Below, piece after piece: positions 48,225 through 56,852 of a stretch of DNA of 64,000 nt. Made by a program: the position numbers and the translations under genes. This stretch comes from Candidatus Latescibacterota bacterium (lineage in GTDB: Bacteria > Latescibacterota > UBA2968). The notes under the pieces are model-generated. The model was not told the origin of the DNA. It searched no databases and worked only from the letters and a program-made list of their open reading frames with translations. The stretch spans positions 928,001 to 992,000 of the forward strand of contig OZ242311.1 in NCBI GenBank assembly GCA_965207885.1, read 5' to 3'. Each line of letters starts with the position of its first letter. Within the stretch, counting starts at the first letter, position 1.

Positions 48225-49382
48225 CTATGAGTGTGTAGTGCCAAAAACGCCAGCAAAGATGAGAAAATCCGCAAAGTTAATGATACCATCGTCGTTCATA
48301 TCCATACGGGCATCGTAATTGGCATCCGATGACGATAATCCGAATACGCTAATGAAGGTGAGATAATCGGAAAAGTCAACATCGCGGTCGCCATCGAAAT
48401 CGCCCGGATAAGAAATATGGATAGAGATCATGGCGTTGGACACATCTAAGGGGTCCTGGTGCCTATTGAGATCTGCCATTGAAGCGGTTTTGACGATGAG
48501 CGTTGTCTCTGCTTCAAGGGTATTGGTCACTTGTAAGTCAATTTGACCGAGATAACCAGTGGCAGGCACAGCAGGGGTAGAGAGCAATAGCGCAGACAGG
48601 ATAGGAGTACCCGGTGTCGGGAACAGGGCTGCATCGGTAAAATCCTTGCCCGATATACTACCGATGTAGTTGGAAAATGTCTTGCCCGGCAGGTCGAGTT
48701 CTATTTCGTAACCATAGGTTTGTTTGCCTGCGGCCATTGGAACAAAGAGTTGAAGTTGAATTGTATCGCCAGCTTTTTGTTCGGGAATGGTTAGCGCGTT
48801 ATTTTGTGCAGCGGGTGTTTCAATTTGTGTGTCGAGGTGGAGTTGCATGCCGGCAAATTCGCCACTTGTAGGCTCGTTAAACGATATGACATTTGTCGTT
48901 GTGATTACATCGCTCGATGCCGAGCTCTGAGCGAGTGTCACCGCCTTAATGCCAAGCGTAAACTCTTTACCCGTAATATCTGCTACGGTAGAAAACTCGG
49001 CGCGTCCTATAAAACCAGACGATGGCAATGTGACAGGTGTAGTCGTTGCGAAATTTACGCCCGTCGGTTCTGGAATAGCAAACGGAAACGCACTGTTCTC
49101 GACTTTATCAAGTTTCAAAACAGAAGCATCGAATTCAAATATGATGACTACACCAGCGAGAGGTGTGGTCACACCTTTTGCGAAGACTTCAACGGCAATT
49201 TTTGTGTCCTGTCCAGAGACTGTGCCTGAAGTAACGCGGTTATCTATTTGATTACCTGCTCCACCATCGGAGATCAGGTCAAGCGACACCGTCGCATTGG
49301 CATTGGGGCCAGCAGAGGCTTGACCCGCGAAAGCCAGTAATGCAAGGGTGATAGTAAACAAAAGCCCTTTTTTTAATAACAT
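48225..49382 (-). CDS. Secreted protein: two cohesin-like beta domains plus C-terminal dockerin-like EF-hand pair
   Basis: N-domain is closely similar to that of 2222-4570 (SLDLI.DGGA.NQID..VTSGTVSGQ.TKIAVEVFAKGVTTPL); C-terminal GDFDGDRDVDFSD...DMNDDGIINFADF. Confidence 0.8.
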   Translation of the reverse strand: MLLKKGLLFTITLALLAFAGQASAGPNANATVSLDLISDGGAGNQIDNRVTSGTVSGQDTKIAVEVFAKGVTTPLAGVVIIFEFDASVLKLDKVENSAFPFAIPEPTGVNFATTTPVTLPSSGFIGRAEFSTVADITGKEFTLGIKAVTLAQSSASSDVITTTNVISFNEPTSGEFAGMQLHLDTQIETPAAQNNALTIPEQKAGDTIQLQLFVPMAAGKQTYGYEIELDLPGKTFSNYIGSISGKDFTDAALFPTPGTPILSALLLSTPAVPATGYLGQIDLQVTNTLEAETTLIVKTASMADLNRHQDPLDVSNAMISIHISYPGDFDGDRDVDFSDYLTFISVFGLSSSDANYDARMDMNDDGIINFADFLIFAGVFGTTHS

Positions 49383-49678
49383 TTGCAACAATCCTCAATA
49401 TATTGAATGATTGGCGATCATTTTGAGCCTATCGAGCGAGGGATGACCTGCTGTGCAGTTCTTCAACTTCTCTACGCTTCGCCCAGCATGCGTAGCCCTT
49501 GTCGCCCAGTTATCTCTTTATGTTGTGCAAAGATAAGTAGAAAATCAATCAGATAATAGTGTTACTTTTCGCCCTTTCAAAGATATATATACTGATTTTT
49601 TTAAAAGTGGACTGTGATCTATTGAAGGTATATTTTAGTTGTCCCGAAATGAATAGAATTATTCCCGGTGAGGAGCGT

Positions 49679-50941
49679 ATGGCGAGACCAAATGTTGTGT
49701 TAATTATGGCAGATGACATGGGGTTTGAGTGTTTGAGTTGTTATGGGAGTACGACATATAAAACGCCGGTGTTGGATGATCTGGCATCGCGGGGAATTCG
49801 CTTTTCCCATTGTTATTCGACGCCGTTGTGTACGCCTTCTCGCGTGGAGATTATGACGGGGCAGTACAATTTTCGGAATTACGACAGGTTCGCCTATTTG
49901 AATCCCAAAGAAAAGACGTTTGGCAATTTGTTAAAGGATGCGGGGTATGCTACGTGTGTTGCGGGCAAGTGGCAGTTGAGCAGGGACAATAAGATGCCGG
50001 CGCATTTTGGGTTTGACGAGCATTGTTTGTGGAACATGACGCCGCTTCCAGAAGATCCTGCACGCGTTGCAAAGGGGCGATATGCAAATCCGCAAATTGA
50101 ACGTAATGGCGAATGGTTGCCAGACGATTATATCGAAGATCGGTATGGTCCCGATATTTGTTGTGATTATTTGCTGGATTTTATTGAGCGACATCGGGAT
50201 GTGCCTTTTTTTGCTTATTATCCGATGATTCTGGTTCACGCGCCTTTTGTTCCCACGCCCGATAGTCCGGAATGGCGGGATAGAGGTCGCAGAGATGAGC
50301 AGGATACGCGCTATTTTGCCGATATGGTGGCGTATGCGGATAAGCTGGTGGGGCGGATTGTGGAGAAGCTCGAGGCGCTCGATTTGCTCGAGAATACACT
50401 GGTGATGTTTACGAGTGATAATGGTACGCATCGCACGATTACGTCCCAGCTTGAGGGTGGTGTTGATATTGTGGGCGGTAAAGGCACGATGCCCGATGCG
50501 GGGACACATGTGCCTTTTATTGCTTTTTGGAAGGGTGTGGTGCCAGAGGGCGTGGTGTTAGATGATCTGGTGGATTTTAGCGATTTTTTGCCGACGCTGA
50601 TGGATTTGGCAGATGCGCCTATTCCAGAGGGGATGCCGTGTGATGGGCGGAGTTTTTTGCCGCAGTTGCGAGGCGAACGGGGCGATCCGAGGGATTGGAT
50701 TTTTTGTCATTACAACCCGCGTTTTGGTTTTGGCCAGGATCACGCGGGACAGTTTGCGCGGGAACATCGGTTTAAAATTTATCACGATGGGCGGTTTTAC
50801 GATGTGCCTGCAGATCGGCTGGAAGAGCACGATATTGTTTTGGGGCAAGGCGATGCCGATTCTGAAGAGGCGCGCGAACGCTTGCAAAAGGTGTTGAATA
50901 TGATGCCGGAATTTATTGATGATTATGTTCCGGAGCGGTGA
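49679..50941 (+). CDS. Cys-type sulfatase
   Basis: RPNVVLIMADDMG, CTPSRVEIMTG, GKWQL, SDNG; GAGGAG RBS. Confidence 0.92.
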   Translation: MARPNVVLIMADDMGFECLSCYGSTTYKTPVLDDLASRGIRFSHCYSTPLCTPSRVEIMTGQYNFRNYDRFAYLNPKEKTFGNLLKDAGYATCVAGKWQLSRDNKMPAHFGFDEHCLWNMTPLPEDPARVAKGRYANPQIERNGEWLPDDYIEDRYGPDICCDYLLDFIERHRDVPFFAYYPMILVHAPFVPTPDSPEWRDRGRRDEQDTRYFADMVAYADKLVGRIVEKLEALDLLENTLVMFTSDNGTHRTITSQLEGGVDIVGGKGTMPDAGTHVPFIAFWKGVVPEGVVLDDLVDFSDFLPTLMDLADAPIPEGMPCDGRSFLPQLRGERGDPRDWIFCHYNPRFGFGQDHAGQFAREHRFKIYHDGRFYDVPADRLEEHDIVLGQGDADSEEARERLQKVLNMMPEFIDDYVPER

Positions 50942-50964
50942 TATTTTTTTTAAAGGAGGGTTTA

Positions 50965-52341
50965 ATGTCTGATTCGCGTCCCAATATTCTCTACATTATG
51001 TCTGATGATCATACTGTGAATGCCATCAGTTGTTATAACGGATGGCTGAATGAGGTGGTGGATACACCGAATATTGACCGCATCGCTCGTGAGGGGATGC
51101 GGTTTGACAATTGTATTTGCAATAATGCGCTGTGTTCGCCGAGCAGGGCGAGTATTATTACGGGGCAATATAGCCATAAAAATGGGGTGTTGCGGTTGAA
51201 TCAACCGCTGAGTGACGATCACCCCAATTTTGTGCGGCAGTTGCAGGCTTCTGGATATCAAACGGGTATTGCGGGTAAGTGGCATTTGGGGTCTGATCCG
51301 GATGGGTTTGATTATTGGGAGGTGTTGCCGGGGCAGGGGGCTTATTTTGATCCGTCGTTTACGCGCAATGGCGAGCCGACGCAGTACGAGGGGTACGCGA
51401 CGGATATTATTACGGATTTATCGCTCAACTGGTTGAGGGCGCGCGATCCGGATAAGCCTTTTTTGATGCTGTGCCATCACAAAGCACCCCATGGTTTGTG
51501 GGAGTACGCGCCCCGTCATGCGGATTTGTTCACGGATGGGGATTTGCCCGAGCCGTCGAATTTGTATAAGCCGTTTGACAAGGTGTCCAGCGCGTTGGAG
51601 AATCACCACCGCACGATGCTCTCGCAGGCCGAGCGGATGGATGAGGGCGTCCGGGGAAGAGCGTGGCCTACGGGGCGGTTGGATACGACGGGGATGAATA
51701 CGACGGAGAAGATTCAGGCGGCTTATCAGAAGTATGTGAAGGATTATTTGCGGTGTATTGTGGCGATTGATGAGGGTGTGGGGCGGTTGCTGGATTTTCT
51801 GGATGAGGAGGGGTTGACGGAGAATACGATTGTGGTATATACTTCTGACCAGGGTATGTTTTTGGGCGAGCATTCGTATTTTGACAAGCGGTTGATTTTG
51901 GAAGAGTCACTGCTCATGCCTTATGTGATGCGGTATCCGAGAGCGATTGCACCGGGTTCGGTGAATGAGGATATTGTGGTGAATGTGGATTTTGGTGCGA
52001 CGTATCTCGATTTTGCAGGGTTGCAACCCGATGCAGAGGTGCAGGGCAGAAGTTTTCGCGCGCTGTGCGAAGGGGATACGCCAGAAGATTGGCGGCAGTC
52101 GGCTTTTTATGCGTATTGGGATGGGCCGACAAAGCACTATGGCGTGCGTACGCAAGACTATACGCTCGCAGTACATCGAACGGGCGAGCGCGATTTGTTC
52201 GATTTGGAAAAGGATCCCTGGGAGATGACGAGTGTGTACGGCGATCCGGCGTATGCCGATGTGCAGGCAGAGGTAGAAGCAGATCTGGCGCGGTTGATCG
52301 AGGAGATCGATATTAGTGCGGAGGAGTTGCCGCAGGAGTGA
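50965..52341 (+). CDS. Cys-type sulfatase (N-acetylglucosamine-6-sulfatase-like)
   Basis: RPNILYIMSDDH, CSPSRASIITG, GKWHLG, HKAPH, TSDQG..LGEH..FDKR. Confidence 0.92.
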   Translation: MSDSRPNILYIMSDDHTVNAISCYNGWLNEVVDTPNIDRIAREGMRFDNCICNNALCSPSRASIITGQYSHKNGVLRLNQPLSDDHPNFVRQLQASGYQTGIAGKWHLGSDPDGFDYWEVLPGQGAYFDPSFTRNGEPTQYEGYATDIITDLSLNWLRARDPDKPFLMLCHHKAPHGLWEYAPRHADLFTDGDLPEPSNLYKPFDKVSSALENHHRTMLSQAERMDEGVRGRAWPTGRLDTTGMNTTEKIQAAYQKYVKDYLRCIVAIDEGVGRLLDFLDEEGLTENTIVVYTSDQGMFLGEHSYFDKRLILEESLLMPYVMRYPRAIAPGSVNEDIVVNVDFGATYLDFAGLQPDAEVQGRSFRALCEGDTPEDWRQSAFYAYWDGPTKHYGVRTQDYTLAVHRTGERDLFDLEKDPWEMTSVYGDPAYADVQAEVEADLARLIEEIDISAEELPQE

Positions 52342-52343
52342 AG

Positions 52344-52586
52344 ATGTCGGATGAACGGGATATTGTGATAGCAGATGAATGGGATGCGGGACACATGGGG
52401 TGCGGCGAGGTTATTATTTTGCTCAGGATGCGGATGCAAAAGCTCGAGGAGGGCGAGGTTTTGAAGCTTACGGCGTATGATCCTGGCGCGCCTGTTGATT
52501 TGCCCGCCTGGTGTCGCCTGACTGGACGGCGGATGGTTCGCGCGGCTCACCCGTTTTACTGGATAGAACAGAAACCAAAAAAGTAA
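52344..52586 (+). CDS. TusA/SirA-family sulfur carrier
   Basis: WDAGHMGCGE...GEVLKL...DPGAPVDLPAWCRLTG. Confidence 0.82.
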   Translation: MSDERDIVIADEWDAGHMGCGEVIILLRMRMQKLEEGEVLKLTAYDPGAPVDLPAWCRLTGRRMVRAAHPFYWIEQKPKK

Positions 52587-52596
52587 AGGAGTAAAA

Positions 52597-52959
52597 GTGG
52601 CTGGAAAATTCTGTGTTAGTTTGACTTGTGCGAAGGATGATACCGATAAAGCGACTGTGGCTTTTGTGGTTGCCAATGCCGCGCTGGGGTCGGAGAAGGA
52701 GACGCTCGTTTTTATGACTACGGAGGGGGTTCGTCTTTCTCAGAAGGGCTATGCCGACGATGTGGCGGAGGATGGCTTTTTGCCGTTGAAGGATCTCATG
52801 GATTTGTTTGTGGGTGGTGGGGGAACGATTTACGTGTGTGCGCCGTGTTTTAAGAAGCGCGGTTTGGATGAGAATAATCTGGTCGATGGGGCGATTATGG
52901 TTGGGGGCGCTGCGCTGGTGGAGTTTCTTTCCGATGGGACGCCCTGTATTACGTATTAG
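52597..52959 (+). CDS. DsrE/DsrF-family protein
   Basis: KATVAFVVANAA, VFMTTEGV, GGTIYVCAPC..KRG. Confidence 0.82.
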   Translation: MAGKFCVSLTCAKDDTDKATVAFVVANAALGSEKETLVFMTTEGVRLSQKGYADDVAEDGFLPLKDLMDLFVGGGGTIYVCAPCFKKRGLDENNLVDGAIMVGGAALVEFLSDGTPCITY

Positions 52960-52967
52960 GAGGTACG

Positions 52968-54464
52968 TTGGAGCCGATAGTACGACACGAATACGCGCCC
53001 GATGTCAGTTTTGATGGTGGGGATTTGGATTGTGGCGGCGGTTTGTTGCTGCTGATTCGCCGACATATCGATCCGCTGGCGCGCGGTGGGTTGTTAGAGA
53101 TTTTATCGACGGATGCGACGGTAGAGATCGAGTTGCCCGCATGGTGTCGGTTGACGAGCAATGAACTGGTATCGTGGACAAAGGTGGGGCGGCAGCGCAG
53201 TTATCTCGTTTGCAAGGGGCCGTTTGAGGACCGCGGGCGGGCTGTGGCTTCTGTTGGGGAGCAACTTCGGGTGGCGGTGACGATTCCCGATTCGCTGCCG
53301 GGGCCTGCGCCCGCGCCGGGGATTGCGCCGTTGTCTGTTATGGGTATTGGGAGTTGGCCGCGTCCCCGTTGGATGCTGCAGGCGGTGCACGATCGGCTCG
53401 AGGGCAGGCTGGATGACGCGGCGTTTCAGGCGACGGCGGATGATGCGGTGCGGCTTTGTATTGGCGCGCAGTCTCGCGCTGGGGTTGATGTGCTGACGGA
53501 TGGGGAGCAGCGTCGGGATAGTTATGCGAGTTTTGTGGGTGGGTTGCTGGATAATTGCCAGCTTATTCCGCTGAGCGATTTGACGGCGATGGTGGATGAT
53601 TCGGAGAAGTTTGAGCGGGAGTTGCGCGCGCTGGATGTTCCGGCGGCTGAGGTGCGGCATCCGGTGGTGTACGGGAAGTTGGGGAGGAGCCGTCCGCTGG
53701 CGGTTCACGAGTTTGAGTTTGCGAGTTCTTGTGTGGATAAGCCGGTGAAGGTGGCGCTGCCCGGGCCTTATTTGCTGACGCGTACGATGTGGCTGGATTG
53801 TCTCAGGGAGCGTCCGTACGAGTCGCGGGATGAACTGGCACGGGATGTGGTGCGGGTTTTGCGGGAGGAAGTTCATTTTTTGCTGGCGGCGGGTGTTGCG
53901 CTGGTGCAGTTCGATGAGCCGGTTTTGACAGAAGTGGTTTTTGGGGGTGCGACCGGGAATCGCAGTTTTATGTGTGGGGCTTTGAGCGAGAAGTTAGAGG
54001 CGTCGATGGAGCTTGACTTTGCGGTCGGTTTGTTGAATGAGGTTGTGCGGGGTCTGCCGGGGGAGCGGCTGGGACTGCATATTTGCCGGGGCAATTGGAC
54101 GCGGGATGAGTCCGCGGCGCTTTCCGGGGGGTATGGTGCGCTGATGGATGTGCTGAAGCGGGTGGATGTGGGGGCGCTGTTTCTGGAGCTTTGCACTGAG
54201 CGGGCTGGTGATGTGGATGTGTTGAAAGCGGTTCCGGAAGATAAGCGCGTGGGTGTTGGTGTGGTGAATCAGAAGCTGGATTCGGTGGAGTTGGTGGAAG
54301 ATATTCGGCGGCGAATTTCAGCGGCGATCAATCTGTTTGGAGAAGCGCGCGTTTTGCTGACACCGGATTGCGGTTTTGCCACGTTCGCCGATAATCCCGT
54401 GGCTTCGGCACATGTGGCGGAGGCAAAGTTGAAAGCGATTGTCGATGCACGCGATTTGATTTAA
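52968..54464 (+). CDS. Fusion of a TusA-like domain and a MetE catalytic (core methionine synthase-like, Zn-thiol) domain
   Basis: N-term FDGGDLDCG...ELPAWCRLT; then IGSWPRP, LTDGEQRR, QFDEP, HICRGN, FLE, PDCGF; GGAGG RBS, TTG start. Confidence 0.82.
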   Translation: MEPIVRHEYAPDVSFDGGDLDCGGGLLLLIRRHIDPLARGGLLEILSTDATVEIELPAWCRLTSNELVSWTKVGRQRSYLVCKGPFEDRGRAVASVGEQLRVAVTIPDSLPGPAPAPGIAPLSVMGIGSWPRPRWMLQAVHDRLEGRLDDAAFQATADDAVRLCIGAQSRAGVDVLTDGEQRRDSYASFVGGLLDNCQLIPLSDLTAMVDDSEKFERELRALDVPAAEVRHPVVYGKLGRSRPLAVHEFEFASSCVDKPVKVALPGPYLLTRTMWLDCLRERPYESRDELARDVVRVLREEVHFLLAAGVALVQFDEPVLTEVVFGGATGNRSFMCGALSEKLEASMELDFAVGLLNEVVRGLPGERLGLHICRGNWTRDESAALSGGYGALMDVLKRVDVGALFLELCTERAGDVDVLKAVPEDKRVGVGVVNQKLDSVELVEDIRRRISAAINLFGEARVLLTPDCGFATFADNPVASAHVAEAKLKAIVDARDLI

Positions 54465-54536
54465 GAAAATCGAGACTTCATATCCGATTGCCGTTCTTTT
54501 GCTGTTTTTGTATTTCTGCATGAGAACCTCCTTTAG

Positions 54537-54565
54537 ACGCACAGGACAACCTGTGCGTTTTTTTT
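54537..54565 (+). terminator. Intrinsic terminator after the sulfatase/tusA operon
   Basis: ACGCACAGG-acaa-CCTGTGCGT-TTTTTTT. Confidence 0.8.
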
Positions 54566-54834
54566 GTTATCACGCACTTTTACAGGGTATAATAGAGTGT
54601 AAGCATCGAGAAAATTAAAAACCATTAAAAACCCTAATGATATGTGTGGCGTCTATGCCAAAGGAAAATGTAACCGGCTTGTCCTATGTTGATTACGGAG
54701 TTCATTATATTTGCCGGAATGATCGTGAGATATTATTTTACGCGGGCGTCATGACTATTGTATATAGGTACCTCCGGGGTGATGTCAAAATCAAGCTACA
54801 TAGCGTATGACTTACACCACGATGCAGTAGCAAG

Positions 54835-54863
54835 TTGCCCCACCACAATTCAGTACCTATACT
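54835..54863 (+). promoter_or_regulatory. Putative sigma70 promoter of gmrSD
   Basis: TTGCCC-17-TATACT, then AAGGAGG RBS. Confidence 0.6.
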
Positions 54864-54890
54864 ACCTGCAGCTGTAAGGAGGAAAACGCG

Positions 54891-56642
54891 ATGCGAGCAA
54901 CATTTGACAGCACAAAGAACGGTATTGGAGATATACTTAGTAAAGTGGACAATGGGAAGATGCAACTTCCTGACTTTCAGCGAGGCTGGGTCTGGGATGA
55001 CCATCACATCCGGGATCTCATAGCCAGCGTGTCGCTATCTTTTCCTATTGGAGCAGTGATGACGCTTGAAAATGGTGGCAAAGATGTGCGTTTCAATCCT
55101 CGGCCCATAGAAGGCACTGACGAATCAGTTAAACAGGTGCAACCTGAAACACTCATACTGGATGGACAGCAGCGACTCACCTCTCTTTTTCAAGCTCTCA
55201 AGGCTGAAAAAAAGCCTGTCGAGACAAGAGACTCTAAAGGAGAGAGAATTCAGCGGTGGTACTATTTGGATATGGAGAAGTGCGTTACAGACGATACTGA
55301 TCGCGAAGATGCGATTATTTCTATTCCGGAAGACCGACACTTAAAGGCATTTGGTAGAGAAGTAGTTCTTGACCTCTCTTCACCTGAAAGAGAATATGCT
55401 GAATCTATGTTCCCATTGTGTCAGATTTTCAACGCTGATGAATGGATGCAAGGTTACATTGAATACTGGGAATTAGATCGCGATAAATGGAATTTGTACA
55501 GACAGTTTAACGGTCAAGTTATTAAACGCTTTGAGCAGTATCAAGTCCCCGTGATTGAGCTTGACAAGGAAACTCCTAAGGAGGCAGTTTGTATCGTCTT
55601 TGAGAAGGTGAACACCGGAGGTGTAACACTTACCGTTTTTGAATTGCTTACCGCATCTTTTGCTGCGGACAATTTCCAACTTCGTGAAGACTGGGATAAA
55701 CGAAAGGTGCGATTGAAGGAAAAACATCCAGTATTATCCAATATCGAAAGCACCTCTTTTCTGCAAGCACTTACTCTGATTTCTACTAAAGAGAAGGGAA
55801 ACGCTGTTAGTTGCAAGCGCCGGGACATCCTACGTCTAACCGTCGATGATTACAAGAAATGGGCTAACCGCGTTGAAGACGGATTTGCCCGGGCTGCCAA
55901 ATTCATACATAGGCAAAAAATATTTAGCTTCAGGGATTTGCCATACAGGACTCAGCTAGTTCCTCTTGCGGCAATTCTTACAGACTTGGGAGATGTTGAT
56001 GATAAAGAAGGTCTAAATAAAAGAATCGCACGTTGGTACTGGTGTGGTGTGCTCGGCGAGATGTACAGTGGAGCTACAGAAACCCGCTTCGCTAACGACC
56101 TCGTGGAAGTAACGGAATGGATACGTGGTGGGACGGAAGAGCCGAGAACAATTCAGGATGCAAACTTCCAAGCGATCCGTCTGCTTACACTGAAGACTCG
56201 CAATAGTGCTGCGTATAAGGGTGTCTATGCGCTACTTATGAGCGATGGCAGCCGAGATTTCCGATCTGGTGTGACCATAGAAGAGGCGACCTTTTTTGAC
56301 GACAATATTGATATACATCACATATTTCCCAAAGCGTGGTGCAAAGGTCATAACATAGATAGCGATAAAGTTGATAGCATAATAAACAAAACGGCAATTT
56401 CCTCAAAAACGAATCGGAGTATTGGTGGACACGCACCTTCTGAATATCTACTTACCCTTGAGAAGGACGCAGGAATTGACGCTACTTCTATGGATTCGAT
56501 ACTTGCATCCCACTGTATCCCCGCCCAAGCATTGCGTAGTAATAACTTTGATCAGTTTTTTGCTCATCGCACAGAAGAATTAATTCAGAGGATTGAGAAA
56601 GCTATGGAAAAACAGGTAGTTCGTGATGAGGGCGAGTTTTAG
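54891..56642 (+). CDS. GmrSD-family (DUF262 + HNH/DUF1524) modification-dependent restriction-like protein
   Basis: LPDFQRGWVW, LDGQQRLTSL, FEKVNTGG; C-terminal DIHHIFPK...N......TN. Confidence 0.85.
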   Translation: MRATFDSTKNGIGDILSKVDNGKMQLPDFQRGWVWDDHHIRDLIASVSLSFPIGAVMTLENGGKDVRFNPRPIEGTDESVKQVQPETLILDGQQRLTSLFQALKAEKKPVETRDSKGERIQRWYYLDMEKCVTDDTDREDAIISIPEDRHLKAFGREVVLDLSSPEREYAESMFPLCQIFNADEWMQGYIEYWELDRDKWNLYRQFNGQVIKRFEQYQVPVIELDKETPKEAVCIVFEKVNTGGVTLTVFELLTASFAADNFQLREDWDKRKVRLKEKHPVLSNIESTSFLQALTLISTKEKGNAVSCKRRDILRLTVDDYKKWANRVEDGFARAAKFIHRQKIFSFRDLPYRTQLVPLAAILTDLGDVDDKEGLNKRIARWYWCGVLGEMYSGATETRFANDLVEVTEWIRGGTEEPRTIQDANFQAIRLLTLKTRNSAAYKGVYALLMSDGSRDFRSGVTIEEATFFDDNIDIHHIFPKAWCKGHNIDSDKVDSIINKTAISSKTNRSIGGHAPSEYLLTLEKDAGIDATSMDSILASHCIPAQALRSNNFDQFFAHRTEELIQRIEKAMEKQVVRDEGEF

Positions 56643-56714
56643 TATTGTGAGTCAGTTAAATATTACGAATGACAGTTCCAAAGACAAAATAAAAGTATAG
56701 ATTAAAAACCACCC

Positions 56715-56821
56715 TCAAGGCACACACTACAGGGAGATAACCCTGTCAGATATGCTTAAATTTATCACACAAGACGACATGCATGTGAATGAATTGCCTC
56801 GGAAACCGCATGAGTGGATCA
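56715..56821 (+). pseudogene. Decayed duplicate of the cupin gene RBS and first 26 codons
   Basis: Gapless match to 61185-61291 (69/90 nt over 56731-56820 by hand count); LSDMLKFITQDDMHVNELPRKPHEWI vs MSDVLRFIRHDDVQVEELPWGPHEWI. Confidence 0.85.
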
Positions 56822-56852
56822 AGATTAGACGATACACTGCGAAGATTTGTCT

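Noticed and set aside
49395-49530. Riboswitch in the leader of the cohesin/dockerin gene
   Set aside because: One modest hairpin (CTACGC/GCGTAG), no recognisable aptamer consensus, and no similarity to the paralogue's leader.
52968-54464. Calling the fusion canonical metE
   Set aside because: It lacks the N-terminal barrel of full-length MetE and carries an extra TusA domain; its function cannot be assumed.
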